Shown here: positions 37,019 to 49,822 of the stretch, piece by piece
How the letters are laid out: each line of letters opens with the position of its first letter
How positions within the stretch are numbered: position 1 is the first letter of the stretch
Assembly (NCBI RefSeq): GCF_006345805.1
Contig: NC_043003.1
Span: 60,326,001-60,390,000, forward strand
Length of the DNA: 64,000 nucleotides
Direction of reading: 5' to 3'
Source: Octopus sinensis
Lineage: Eukaryota
The notes under the pieces: generated by a model
Database searches by the model: none
What the model was told of the DNA's origin: nothing
What the model saw: only the letters and a program-made list of their open reading frames with translations
Made by a program: the position numbers and the translations under genes

Positions 37019-37053
<35 letters not shown>

Positions 37054-37313
37054 GCATATATATATATTATATATATATATTATGTATGTATATGTATATA
37101 TACATATATATATGTGTGTGTGTATATATATATATATATTATTTATATATATATATATATATAATTTATATACATATATATATACATATATATACACATA
37201 TACATATTATATATATATATATTATGTATTATATATATGTATATATATCTTATATATATATATATATGTATATATGTATATACATGTATATATGTATATA
37301 TATAATGTATATA

Positions 37314-37363
<50 letters not shown>

Positions 37364-38252
37364 GTGTGAATGCGTGTGTGTTTGAATAAAGAGGGTTACA
37401 TTCTGTAATGTTGACTAGAGCAGGAACCGTTGAAATCCAAATGATAATATTATGGATGTTATACAAATCGTCACATGCTCCATGGATTGTAGTCCCCAAC
37501 ACAACCCCAAGAGTACTAACACAAGGAAACATTGAACTCACGACCACCTATTTGTAGGCGAGTATTTTATCCACTTGACTATTTCGTCTGAATAAGATTT
37601 ACCAAATTTCTGTTCGCCGAAAAGAAAAAGAAAATTCAAATAACCTTAATGTTTACTTCATGTGGTTATGTGCGTAGTTGCAACATAAAGTTAATTTTCT
37701 GTGTACATACGAAATATTCCCAAAAGAGGTCATTTGAAAAATATGTGAAATCCGTTAGTCAAAGAATTGTGTACATAATTTATTTTTTCATCAAAAATAC
37801 ACATTAACTGGAATTTTGCAACAAGACGAAATATTTCTACAAATATTAGGGACAAGCGTTCACTAGAAACAGATCCAAAAATAGATCGAACGTACTCCTT
37901 GAAGAATCGAAGTCAAGATTAGCATTGCTCATATCCTTCGGCAGTTTAGACATCAAATTATAGCTTTGGAACAGCTGAAGATGTTCTTAGTTATCGTCGC
38001 AGGGATTCGAGATCTTCTCTTGGAAAAGCAAAATTATTGAGAGACGAGAAAATATCAATTAAGCTGAGAGGTCCTGGCGTGAATGTATGATTAGTAATCA
38101 TTGATCGCAACTGAAGGTCAACGTGATGCTGTGCGAGATACACAGCAGTAAGGAAATAGAGACTTAGTGCCAACTAAATCATGCAATTACAGGTTCACTC
38201 CTTATGAAAGTATTTCTCTGTCATATTATCATTCTGTCCCTCTCCTCGTTCG

Positions 38253-38289
<37 letters not shown>

Positions 38290-38291
38290 CC

Positions 38292-38355
<64 letters not shown>

Positions 38356-38438
38356 TATAAATAATATATATATATGCTATATACATATGCACATATAATA
38401 TATACATATCTATATATAATATTTAATATATATATATA

Positions 38439-38477
<39 letters not shown>

Positions 38478-38487
38478 ATATATATGC

Positions 38488-38555
<68 letters not shown>

Positions 38556-39829
38556 CGTCATATATATATATATAAATGCATATATATATATATATATATA
38601 AATATATGCATATATATTAGTTAAATCTGTCTGTCGTTCTATCTATCTTTCTATCTATCTTTATTGCTATCTCTTAATTTTCTGCTTAACAATACACCAA
38701 GTGTGCGTGTGCAGATATAACATATAATTGTACAGGTGTATGTATAAAATAAATTTAACACATATTTAGCATTTCACTTTGATATCTATTTTATATCCGT
38801 TGAATATATGAACTACATTATCAATTACTCATACATACATAAACACATCTACATACACTCATATACACACGCACGCATGTATTCGCGTGTATTTGTATAC
38901 CTATAAATATATTGTGTATGGATGTGCGCATTCATATAGCTACATGTGTATATTCGCATGTCACTTTATATATGGATATATGTAGATATATGTGAATGTA
39001 TGTGTGTATGTATATATTATATAATATGGATAGATAGATAAATAGATAGACAGATAGATAAATAGATAGACAGATAGATAAATAGATAGACAGATAGATA
39101 CATATGTATATGTATATTCATATGCGTGTATGTGTATGTTTACATCTATATATGTGTATATCTTTCTATGTATAATGATATGTATATGTACGTTTGTATA
39201 TTAGCTTGAGATTATATACACATCCACCATATTCACCAAAACTGTCCTGGATCTATACGAATTATTCGCTATCCACCACACGAGTCTATGTAAATGAATA
39301 TAACGTATATATATGCGTTTGTGTGTATGTGTGTATGTGCATTTATATAAGTGTGTGTGTGTGTGTGTGTAAATTACGTTCTAAAAGTAACTTTCACACA
39401 TAGTGTGATGTAAGGGAGTGATTTTGACGTCCATGCATTCACTGAATGCATTGTCAAAACATATCGGAAATGGCGTCGCTGGGAGACGAACGGATTTATT
39501 TCTGCACCTCGGCTTATATAATAAATACGTCAACACGCGCAATGAACATGAACGCATTCTTTGTTTGTCTTTCCACTCTAGACTCCCTCCATCTCCTCAC
39601 ACTTGTATATAGAGGTACAAAATCGGAGAATATGAAAAAATTGTTAATCGATGTCAACTGCTAAATGTAAACAAACGTACACGTCACGTCTAAGGTCTTT
39701 TGGTTCACGTAACACTGTCTAAAACATTGGCAATTTTAAAAGAATTTATCTTAGAGCTTATATATGTAGTACACACTGCGAGCATCTATGTGTGTGCAAT
39801 TGTATGTATGTACGTTTGTATGCCATTGT

Positions 39830-40195
39830 TCAGTTTTATTTCAAGTTTTCTTGCCAATAGAGAAAGAGCCGGTTTCTAACCAAGATTCAAGGATCCTTCA
39901 TTGAAAGTTCAACATCAACAACAGCGTAGTTTTGTTTGTATGTATATGTGCATATTTGTATGTTTTGCTTTATGTATGTATTCTCATGCATATAGTTGCA
40001 TATCTAAACATGCTCATATATATTTAAATGATAAACTTCAGGAAAGTCTCACAGATTTTTACAGTTCCAGTAATGGATTGGATCTGTAGTCTTAGAATTA
40101 GCTTTCCCCTTTCTGGTTTTGAGAAGCCTAATTTCTCAAGATTCGTATTTAGACAGTGGGTTACATATATCAGGGCCCTATAATTTACAGGTTAT
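39830..40195 (-). mobile_element. 3' fragment of an RLE-type non-LTR retrotransposon (same family as 13420-13790)
   Basis: Shared block GAATTAGCTTT..CCCTTCTGGTTTTGAGAAGCCTAATTTCTCAAGA and downstream UTR. Confidence 0.5.
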
Positions 40196-40447
40196 GTATG
40201 TACGTAAACGTATGTGTATATATATATATATATCATCATCATCATTATTGTTGTTGTTGTTGTTGTTGTTGTTTCTGTTATTATCAATATATATATATGC
40301 ACAGAGTTGGACTAAAATTACTGACAGTAAATGAAAACCATTTAATTCCAAGATTAAGGCTAAAAATATCTTACAGCTGTTTCAGCCATGTATATATGAG
40401 TATCTCATTATGCTCATATTAGCCAGGTGTAATAAGTTCATATGTGG

Positions 40448-41109
40448 TTATAAATGAGACACTTACATATATATCCAAAGGCCTCTTCAGAGATTATAAA
40501 GTACAATCCAAATATGAATATAAGAGAAGGTACACCTATACAAGAATGAGTACATATACATAATATATAATATACACATACATATAAGTGTATATACACA
40601 TGCACCTATATATATATAATTATATACATAATAATATACATACATATAAGGTTACAGTTAGTCAAATCAATATATTAGAATATACAAACATACACATATC
40701 CACATGAAAATGTACATATACAAAGTCAAAAGTTCATTGTATTAAGTTACAAAATGACATTAATATTATTATTATTATTATTATTATTACATTTTCATGT
40801 GGATATGTGTATGTTTGTATATTCTAATATATTGATTTGACTAACAGTAACCTTATATGTATGTATATTATTATATATTATTTATGTATATACTTATATA
40901 TATATATATATAATATATATATATATTATATATATATAACGGGAAGCTTTATGAAAATAAACAAAAGACGAAGGCAGGTGGAAAACAAACGAACAATTGT
41001 ATTAGTATGGCGCTCAGGAAATATAATAAAACAAATCTTTAACGTTTCGAGCCTACGCTCTTCAACAGAAAGATACACAGAGAGAGAAAAACACAGAAAG
41101 AAGGAGATA

Positions 41110-41156
<47 letters not shown>

Positions 41157-41312
41157 GCATGTGTATATACACTTATATGTATGTATATATTATATATTAT
41201 GTATATGTACTCATTCTCGTATAGGTGTACCTTCTCTTATATTCATATTTGGATTGTACTTTATAATCTCTGAAGAGGCCTTGGGATATATACGTAAGTG
41301 TCTCATTTATAA
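40448..41312. repeat. Large fold-back (inverted repeat) element with a nested insertion in the right arm
   Basis: Outer arms 40448-40610 / 41152-41312 (about 4 mismatches seen). Inner arms ~40640-40715 / 40788-40865 (1 mismatch seen). 72-bp loop. Confidence 0.85.
40925..41110 (-). mobile_element. ~190-bp repeat carrying a minimal hammerhead-like motif (41036-41073); homolog at 60770-60960
   Basis: TCTTT CTGTTGA A GAGC GTAG GCTC GAAA CGTT AAAGA. Flanks homologous to the 60.8-kb copy. Confidence 0.65.
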
Positions 41313-41414
41313 TTGGTTTACATGAATATGTTTTGATCAAGTAATAGGGTCTTTGACATGAAGATAACATATGTAACAGACCCCATTTAACGTTCTCGGA
41401 TCGCTATTACTTGA

Positions 41415-41843
41415 TACTCTTTTACTTGTTTCAGTCATTTTACTGTGGCCATGCTGGAGCATCGCCTTTAGTCGAGAAAATCAACCCCAGGACTTACTAT
41501 TTGTAAGCCTAGTACATATTCTATCGGTCTCTTTTGCCGAACCGCTAAGTTACGGGGACGTAAACACACCAGCATCGGTTGTCAAGTGATGTTGGGGGAC
41601 AAACACAAACACATAAACACACACACACACATACATATATACATATATGCGACGGGATTTTTTGAGCTTCCGTCTACCAAATCCACTCACAAGGCTTTGG
41701 TCGGCCCGAGGCTATAGTAGACCCATAATTGTTATGAAGGAGATCAACAAGACATTGCCCGAGGCATTGCCACGCAGTGGGAAGGAACCTGGAACCATGT
41801 GGTTGGTAAGCAAACTACTTACCACACAGCCACTCCTGCGCCT
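41415..41843 (-). mobile_element. Full-length SINE family B
   Basis: Head AGGCGCAGGAGTGGCTGTGTGGTAAG at 41843 through to the GAGTA tail. Confidence 0.85.
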
Positions 41844-42359
41844 AGTAGTCACTCTTGCACCTGATCGGGATGTTTTCTTGTAAACTAATTTTCATCTTAT
41901 CAGTATAAAAATAATTTATTACCTGAGCTGAATGTTTCTATGCAAACTAAGTTTTGACATCACAGAGAATACTCAAAACGTCACACTTTACTTTTGAAAA
42001 TCTCTTTAACTAACTCAAACCGATCAAAAGACTTCTGCGTTTTCATATTCTTTTCCTTATATACATAGATGTGTGCGTGTGTGTGTGGTGTGTGTGTGTG
42101 TGTGTGTGTATTTATGTGTGTAACTGTGTGTGAGTGTAAATACTCTCTCACAAGGATCAAGCATCGTAGTAGTCATACATCTAAGTTCCAGTCCCTCTGG
42201 CTGATTTTTCCTCGTTTAATTTGCTCATTTCTTTAACAATGCCTTTCTTATACCAATCATCGTCATAATCGTTGTCATCATCATTTTCATCATTTTCATC
42301 TTCTTCCTTCTCCTCCTCCTCCTCCTCCTCCACCTCCTCCACCACCACCACCACCACTT

Positions 42360-42407
<48 letters not shown>

Positions 42408-43112
42408 TCACCACTACATTTTCTTCTTCGTCTTCTATATTAATAGTCTTTCGCCTTCCATTTCTGCGCTGATGACACCAATGAAGATGATCATATCGTA
42501 TCCATTCTCAACTATAATATAAAGTAATTAATTTGCAGAAGTCGTCGTGAGCGTGTAGTTTTCACGAACGTGGAAAAGAGGGAGGTTAGCACAAAAATAT
42601 CTTCGAGTCGGATTCAATCGAAATATTTACGATAAGCGAAAATGAATTTCAATTGGATCAAGAATTCCAGAACCCTTAGTAGTGGCCATTTAAAACGGCA
42701 TCATTTTCTCATTCTTTATTAGTTTTCTTTTTTTTTTCCTTCTGTAAATAGCGTTCCATTTCTTCTTTAGAATAAAACGCCTCTTTCTCAAAATGCTTGT
42801 TATGTTAGACTATACATCAGCTAAAACGAAATACGATAGAAAATGCTTCCTCCCCAATATGTAATTATATACGTCTTGTATTCCAGCCCAGCTTATCGCC
42901 AATGAAATTTATACGATCTATAATAGCGTCTTTAAATTTCGGTTGAGACGAATGAATGTTTATTCCGTCTATCATCCGGAAACATTATCTTAACGAATTG
43001 CTTCCGATTGTTAGCAAGAAGGCAAAAGTCTAGACAATTTGGATTCATTCAATTTTTCAACCACCTACTTCCTACCCGCTCCCTCTCTTTCTCTCCCTCC
43101 CCATACATAAAC

Positions 43113-43154
<42 letters not shown>

Positions 43155-43202
43155 GTATGTATGTATGTGTGTGTGTGTGTGTGCGCGCGTGAATATATAC
43201 AC

Positions 43203-43242
<40 letters not shown>

Positions 43243-44345
43243 GCTTATTTATATACATACACGTACATATATTTTATATATGTGTGTGTTTGTATGTAAG
43301 TGTGTGTATTTACGCATATTGAAGTGTGTGTGAATACATGATTTTTTTTATCATCTTCTCACGCAGGCAAAAACACAAAGCAATAAACAGTCAGACACAC
43401 ACACAACGCACACATATATATCAATGTTGGAAAAACTGTATGGTTAAATGGTTAAGATACTCGATTCGTGACCATGTGGTCTCAGGTTCGGTCCATTAAA
43501 TGACAATTTTTTTCAAGTGTCTTCAATACCTACGAGTAAAACAATTTCTAGTAAGCGAAATGGATGACCTGTAGTCATAGGTATTCCAGCCACTTCTGTA
43601 AAGCCCTCTGATCAAGCAGAACTGCTGTAAAACACATTCCGGTTTTGACAAGTGAATCTTTAGACTACCTTTATATATTGCTGATAGTAGGGTGTGATTT
43701 GACGGTGTGTGAGTTGTTATTTCTGGGGGTATTTCTAATAATTTGTAATAAAACTTGCTCACTTATCAATCTTAAAGCAATGGTAACCAATGGTAAACGA
43801 AGGCTGACATGTGATCTCTCTTTCATCTCTTACTTGTTTTAGCCATCCGTCTGCGGTCATGCTGGGGCACCAGCCTCAATGGTTTAGTAGAACAAATCGA
43901 TCACAGTACGTATTTTTTATGTCTGTTACATATTTTATCTCTCTCGTTCACAGAACAGGCTAAATTAAGGGAATATAATTAACCAAAAGCGTTAGTCAAT
44001 CGGTGCGGGACAAACACAAACATAAAACACACACACACACACACACACATGGTGTCAGCTCGTTAATATATATCTTTTATCTTTCACTTGTTGCAGTCGT
44101 CAGACTGCGGCCACGCTTGGGCGATGCTCGGACCATGCTTGAAGAATTTTTTGTCGAATGAATCGACACCAGTACTGGTTTTTTTTTTCCAAGCCAGGCA
44201 CCTATTCTATCGAGGTCTTTAGCCGAAACGCTAATTTACGAGAACGTAAACCCTGCAGCAAGTGCTGTTGCAGAGGAACACAGACACAAAGACACAAATG
44301 CGCGCGCGCACACACACATACACACACAAGCATACACACACACAC

Positions 44346-44384
<39 letters not shown>

Positions 44385-44385
44385 G

Positions 44386-44855
44386 TTAAATGAAATGAGA
44401 CAAAAGTCAAGGCTGTGCAGAATTTATAAGACATTTATAAACAGAAAGGTAGCCTTACAGCTGTTGGGGGGATATTAGGGATACCCCTTCATCAGAGACG
44501 ATATGAGAGAGTTAACTAGGAGTTGAATATAAGGAGTTTTTTTGGGGGGATAGGATCAGAAATATTTTAATTTTTATTTTTACTTTTATTTTTTATTCTT
44601 ATTTTTTATTTTTATATTTATACTTTTATTTTTTACTTTTATTCTCTTATTTCCATTTATACTTCCTACATACATCTTTTTCTAAAATAATTCCCTACAC
44701 TGAACTCTAATATTTGCTTCTAGTTAACGCTCTCGTATCGTCTCTGACGAAAAGATATCCCTAATATCTCAAAAACAGCTGTAAGAATACCTTTCCCTTT
44801 ATAAATGTCCTATAAATTCTACACAGTCTTGGCTTTGTTGTCTCGTTCTATTTAA
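44386..44855. repeat. Head-to-head pair of hammerhead-relic-bearing repeats around a (TTTTTA)n spacer
   Basis: Arms 44386-44525 and 44714-44855, roughly 80% identical in inverted orientation. Each has CTGAYGA and CAGCTGTA. Confidence 0.75.
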
Positions 44856-45418
44856 TATAGACATGCTCCCACAAGAACTCACTCGTATTATTATCGAACC
44901 GAGAGTCAAACTATGGTTCTTCTGCAGTACTTACACAGCATTACCTGTCGTCTTCGGTCTTCTGAATAACAATACCTCTTATATATATATATATATATAT
45001 ACGAGGAGCTTCTTTCAGTTTCCCTCTACAAAATCCACTCACTAGGCTTTAGTCGACCCGAGGGTATAGTAGAAGGTATTTGTCCAAGGTACCATGTAGT
45101 GGGACTGAACCAAGAGCCATACACACTCATAAACACATATACATATATATGCGTGTGTGTATCTATGTCTCTATCTCTCTATACACACACACACATACCA
45201 ATATAAATTATATTTCATATATATATATATTTGAAAATATCTGTATATATACACATACATAATACATGTTTCTATTATACATAAATGCACAAATATACAG
45301 TCATACAAGCATATATATATAAACATATATATATATATGTATATATAGATGTGTATAATGTGTATGTATATATATATATATATATATATATAGATGTGTA
45401 TATATAAATGTGCATATA

Positions 45419-45454
<36 letters not shown>

Positions 45455-45471
45455 TGTGTATAATGTGTATG

Positions 45472-45522
<51 letters not shown>

Positions 45523-45753
45523 ATATATATATACTCATGTGTTGGTGTGTGTGTGTGTGTATGTGTGTGTGTTTGTGTAATAGCTTTTTGCGCTCTGGGA
45601 TGTAAAACAATTTATAAGCATCATTTTCAGTGATTCTACTAATGAGAATCCTGCTAATGAAGCAGATATTAAGTAGTAGATTGACCTGTTTGAATACCAT
45701 GTACCAGTCAATATTTTCTTAAATCATGCCCTACATTGTTAAAATGTAATATA

Positions 45754-47008
45754 CAGGGTGCGTAAGATATTTGAGGACAGATTTATGTTTATTAAAAACA
45801 GATATATGATAACAGATGATAACTTTATTTATCAAAAAATGCTATGAGGATAAAGATAAACCGTCTTTTCTATAATATTATTCAATAAAGTCATCTTCGG
45901 CTTCAACAACTGTTTCTATATGAGACTTAAATCATCTACATGCTCGACTCAAGTGGTCCTGGTTCATTTTGGACATTATTCTGACTATGGCAGCTTTCAT
46001 AGAATCTTTGGTGTTATGAGTGTGTTCGTTGACATCTCTCTCTCTCTCTCCCCCTCATCGTTGACCTTTCCACACATAAATGACCAATAGAATGAGAACT
46101 GGGGAATTAGAAGGTAAAATGTTAGGGGTTATATGATCATGAAAATTTCAGCCATCCGTTCTTGTGTTCCTATAGCCATTTGTGATAGTGCACAGTCTCA
46201 CTGAAACATATATGATCTTCCATTGCATACACTGTTTATCCAGGGCTTAACAATTATTTCCAGGACCTTAGTGTCGGTGGCAGATTTAACTCTAAGGCCT
46301 TGTAAAAAGAAGTAAAGAGGCATCGCATGTCCTTCATTGCTGGCAATCCCTTAAACCATGAAAGTTGCAGGAAATTTTGTATGCATAACACCTGGAACTT
46401 CAGAAGGGTCTGCACATAACCATCTGCCGTTTCTTTGTTGAAGTTTTTTGCGATTGAGAAAAACCAAATCAAATCTTCTTCTGCTGGAATTTTCAGTTTG
46501 TTTAAGAGCCTTTTAGGTCTAATATAGTGATTTTCTTTTGCTTTTTCTGACTTTTTCCTCATCATATAAGACTTATTTCTGATGTCTTTGTGGACAGCGT
46601 TTCTGACTGTTCCTTCTGACACATGGAGAGCATTTGCAATTGACCTCATGGTCTTTCTGGGATTGTAATCAATGGTCTGTTGAAATTGCTGGATAAATTC
46701 TGGTGTTCTGATAATTTCAGAGCGTTTAGAATGCTTTTTATGCTTTGATACTGGTGATACGTTTCCATCTTTAGTCTCTAGCTCCTTACAAACTTTATAG
46801 ACGAAAGATCTGGCAACTTTTAAAAATCAAGATATTTCTAAATCGCTATACACAGTCTTTATAACCACAATAACAGCATGCCTCTTCATTACTTGAGTAA
46901 GCTGATGGTCTGCCATTATTATTTTCTGAAACAAAGATAATTTAGTGTTAGCAAAAAATGCAGCAATGACCCAAAAAAGGTATGTCTTCAAATACCTTAC
47001 GCACCCTG
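45754..47008 (-). mobile_element. Complete, decayed Tc1/mariner-superfamily transposon (maT/DD37D-like)
   Basis: TIRs CAGGGTGCGTAAGATATTTGA / TCAAATACCTTACGCACCCTG, TA TSD on both sides, 1255 bp. Confidence 0.9.
45878..46916 (-). pseudogene. Transposase pseudogene
   Basis: HTH region (RKTMRSIANALHVSEGTVRNAVHKDIRNKSY), KRLLNKLK, WFFS(D>I)AKNF, C-terminal AVVEAEDDFIE*. Several stops, deletions and frameshifts; first catalytic Asp mutated. Confidence 0.85.
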
Positions 47009-47884
47009 TATATATAGATGAACGAACGATCATGCATTTTAAAAAATTCATTGAAGGATCACGATCGCTGTGGAAGTTACTCTTTTGATCGTGTACTTCT
47101 TCGATCAGTGTTGACCTGACGTTCAGTAATGATAGCAAAGACAGAAGAACAGCAACAACAACAACATGATGGCAGTTATTCTTTTACTGATTTCTTCATT
47201 GTATTTCGATGTGGATTCATCTAAATGAATTTTGTGATTTATTGAATATGTATAATAAATGACGAAAATTATGACCGGTAATTGTTACCAGCAGTTGACT
47301 ATCATGCACCCATACGTAAACTTTTAATGTATGACAGCATATCTTTAACAATGTAGCTGGTTATCGCATAAGGTATAGAATATCTGAATGATCACATTAA
47401 CAGAGTATCCACTCATATTAATATAAAACCAGTTTCACTTTTATTTCCTTGCATATAAAATTTGTTTCAAATTTTGCTTCTATAAATTCGTCATTACAAT
47501 GAATATATTTGCCTGAATTTCTGCTCTTTCCCAACGTTAGTCATTCGCCCCCCCCTCTCTTTGCCTTCCTTTGTTTCTCTCTTGCTATCTTTGCGTTACT
47601 TTATCTTTTTCTCTCTCTTTCTCTCGCTTTTATTCCATCCCTATCTCACTCTCTCTTTCATTCTTACTCTATTCGTATCTCTTTCAACCACAGTGTTCCA
47701 CACGTAAACTAAACACACCTCTATCAGTGTTTCTCCACTTTTATTAATTCACTGTTACCCGTTATCTCTAATCTCTACCTACTCTATATATTTTTCTCTT
47801 TCGATCTTCCTCCCTTTCACTATATCTATCTATTTATCTATCTGTTTTTCTATCAATCTATCTATCTACCTACCTACTTATTTT

Positions 47885-47919
<35 letters not shown>

Positions 47920-48335
47920 GTTTTTCTATCTATCTATCTACCTATCTATCTATTTCTCTGTCTTTCTATCCTTATCACTACCCATCTTTCATTTTCATTG
48001 GCAATATCAATAGAGTCCTAAGTCTTTATAAATGTTGAATGTTTGCTTCTTAATATGCTATTAAATGTTCTTGCCAAGTAATCAGCGCCTCTTAGAAGGA
48101 AGCCATTTATATGGCACGATAACTGAGGTTGTGTGAATACATTTAGAAGATTTCACCTTGTTTTGCCTACTTAATCCGCCTTTACAAATGAAGACAAAAT
48201 TGCAGATAGCAATATATAGATTTGCATAAATAAACACCAGTTCATATGCAAATATTCGCTAACATATCTGTGCGTATGCATATAAGCGTATATATATATA
48301 TAAACACATACATACATGCCAACATACACACACAT

Positions 48336-48384
<49 letters not shown>

Positions 48385-48491
48385 CATTGTTGTTATTGCT
48401 TTTATTACGTAGTCCCAATTCAATCCTGATCGAGCAGACCTATAGTCAAAAGCATTTCAACCAACTTCATCCTGCCTTTTATATATATATG

Positions 48492-48532
<41 letters not shown>

Positions 48533-48823
48533 AGAAATTTTTACAAGGAAAAGTTTTATAGAGACTTCGAAATTACAGCTTGTTCGCCGGCATCAGACAG
48601 TTTGATGTCCGCGAGCAAACGAAAACTCCTAAAATATTCTTAATAATAAATATGAACTCCAATAAAATGTAATCCTTCATGTCAATATTAAATAGTTTTA
48701 TGTATATATTCACATAAAGATCATACACGCACACACACGCTCGCACACACATATATACTTATATATATGTGTATATACATAATATATATGTATAAACACA
48801 CATGTACATACATATTTATCTAT

Positions 48824-48880
<57 letters not shown>

Positions 48881-48883
48881 GCA

Positions 48884-49590
48884 TATATAACGGTAGAGAC
48901 ATTAGGTCAGCCCACACAGACTTTGAATGTCGCATTATGTCACTCAAACAACTGCTGCTGAACAGTAAAGAAAGAAATGTGTACATTCCACGCATACTCA
49001 AAAGTGAGAGCAACAACATGTTTAGGCTTCGGAAAAAGCTACTGTGCAGGTACTCTGAGAATACAAGAAAACAAATGTCTCACGCGAGCTAAGGGAGGTT
49101 GAACTGGCCTATCTAAACAAAAGCTCTGGAAGAGAAGCAGGCGTCATACCAACAAAAAGCAATGCATGGATACATATCCCGTAACCTCGAGGGCAACAAC
49201 GGCATTTACAAGAAGCGTAGCTTCTCATTGACCTACGATAGATACAGTACTTCCCATCTATAAGAATATGACTTCGCGATCCAGAAACACGAAATAACTA
49301 CTACATACTTGATAAACAAGAGGGCAAAGATACCATCATACCGTCATGTTGTGATGAAAAAATTGTCGACCCTGCTATAGCAGTTTGGAAGATATCACTC
49401 ACATAATCAGCAGCTACCTCAAAATGTCTACCAGATGCTCTCTGCTCCAGAGATTATTTACAATGGTATCTACTGGAAGCGCTTCCCTGACGTCGAAGCC
49501 ATGTCAGAAACAGCAGGTACTCACACCATTAAAAACAAGGAATACTGGTGTAGCGCTGCAATAAAAAACATCAATTCGGTGCAAACATAA
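48884..49590 (+). mobile_element. Internal fragment of an RLE-type (R4/Dong/NeSL-like) LINE, post-RT thumb and CCHC-knuckle region
   Basis: Translation remnants VYIPR, YQQKAMHGYI, FAIQKHEITTTYLINKR, EDITHIISS. Multiple stops. Confidence 0.65.
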
Positions 49591-49604
49591 CATACCTTAT
49601 ATTG

Positions 49605-49822
49605 TTCGTATTTCTTTACCACACACAAAGGCGACAAACAAGGACAGACAAACGAATTAAGTCGATTATATCGACACCAGTGCGTAACTGGTACTTAATT
49701 TATCAACCCCGAAAGGATGAAAGGCAAAGTCAACCTCGGCGGAATTTGAACTCAGAACATAACGACAGACGAAATACGGCTACGCATTTTGCCTGGCGTG
49801 CTAACGTTTCTGCCAGCTCGCA
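49605..49822 (-). mobile_element. SINE family A copy
   Basis: Module plus head (GGCGTGCTAACGTTTCTGCCAGCTCGC). Confidence 0.8.

Larger units (their letters stand above)
33091..37020 (-). mobile_element. Apparently full-length CR1-clade LINE (ORF1 with CCCH fingers, ORF2 APE-RT)
   Basis: EN and RT motifs, 3' UTR stem-loop TGGCC/GGCCA, (ATCAAAGT)3 8-bp tail at 33091-33114, higher GC than the flanks, (TA)n tracts on both sides. Confidence 0.95.

Noticed and set aside
42538-42625. SRRERVVFTNVEKRE resembling a homeodomain N-terminal arm
   Set aside because: No helix 1-3 signature follows, and the frame stops shortly after.
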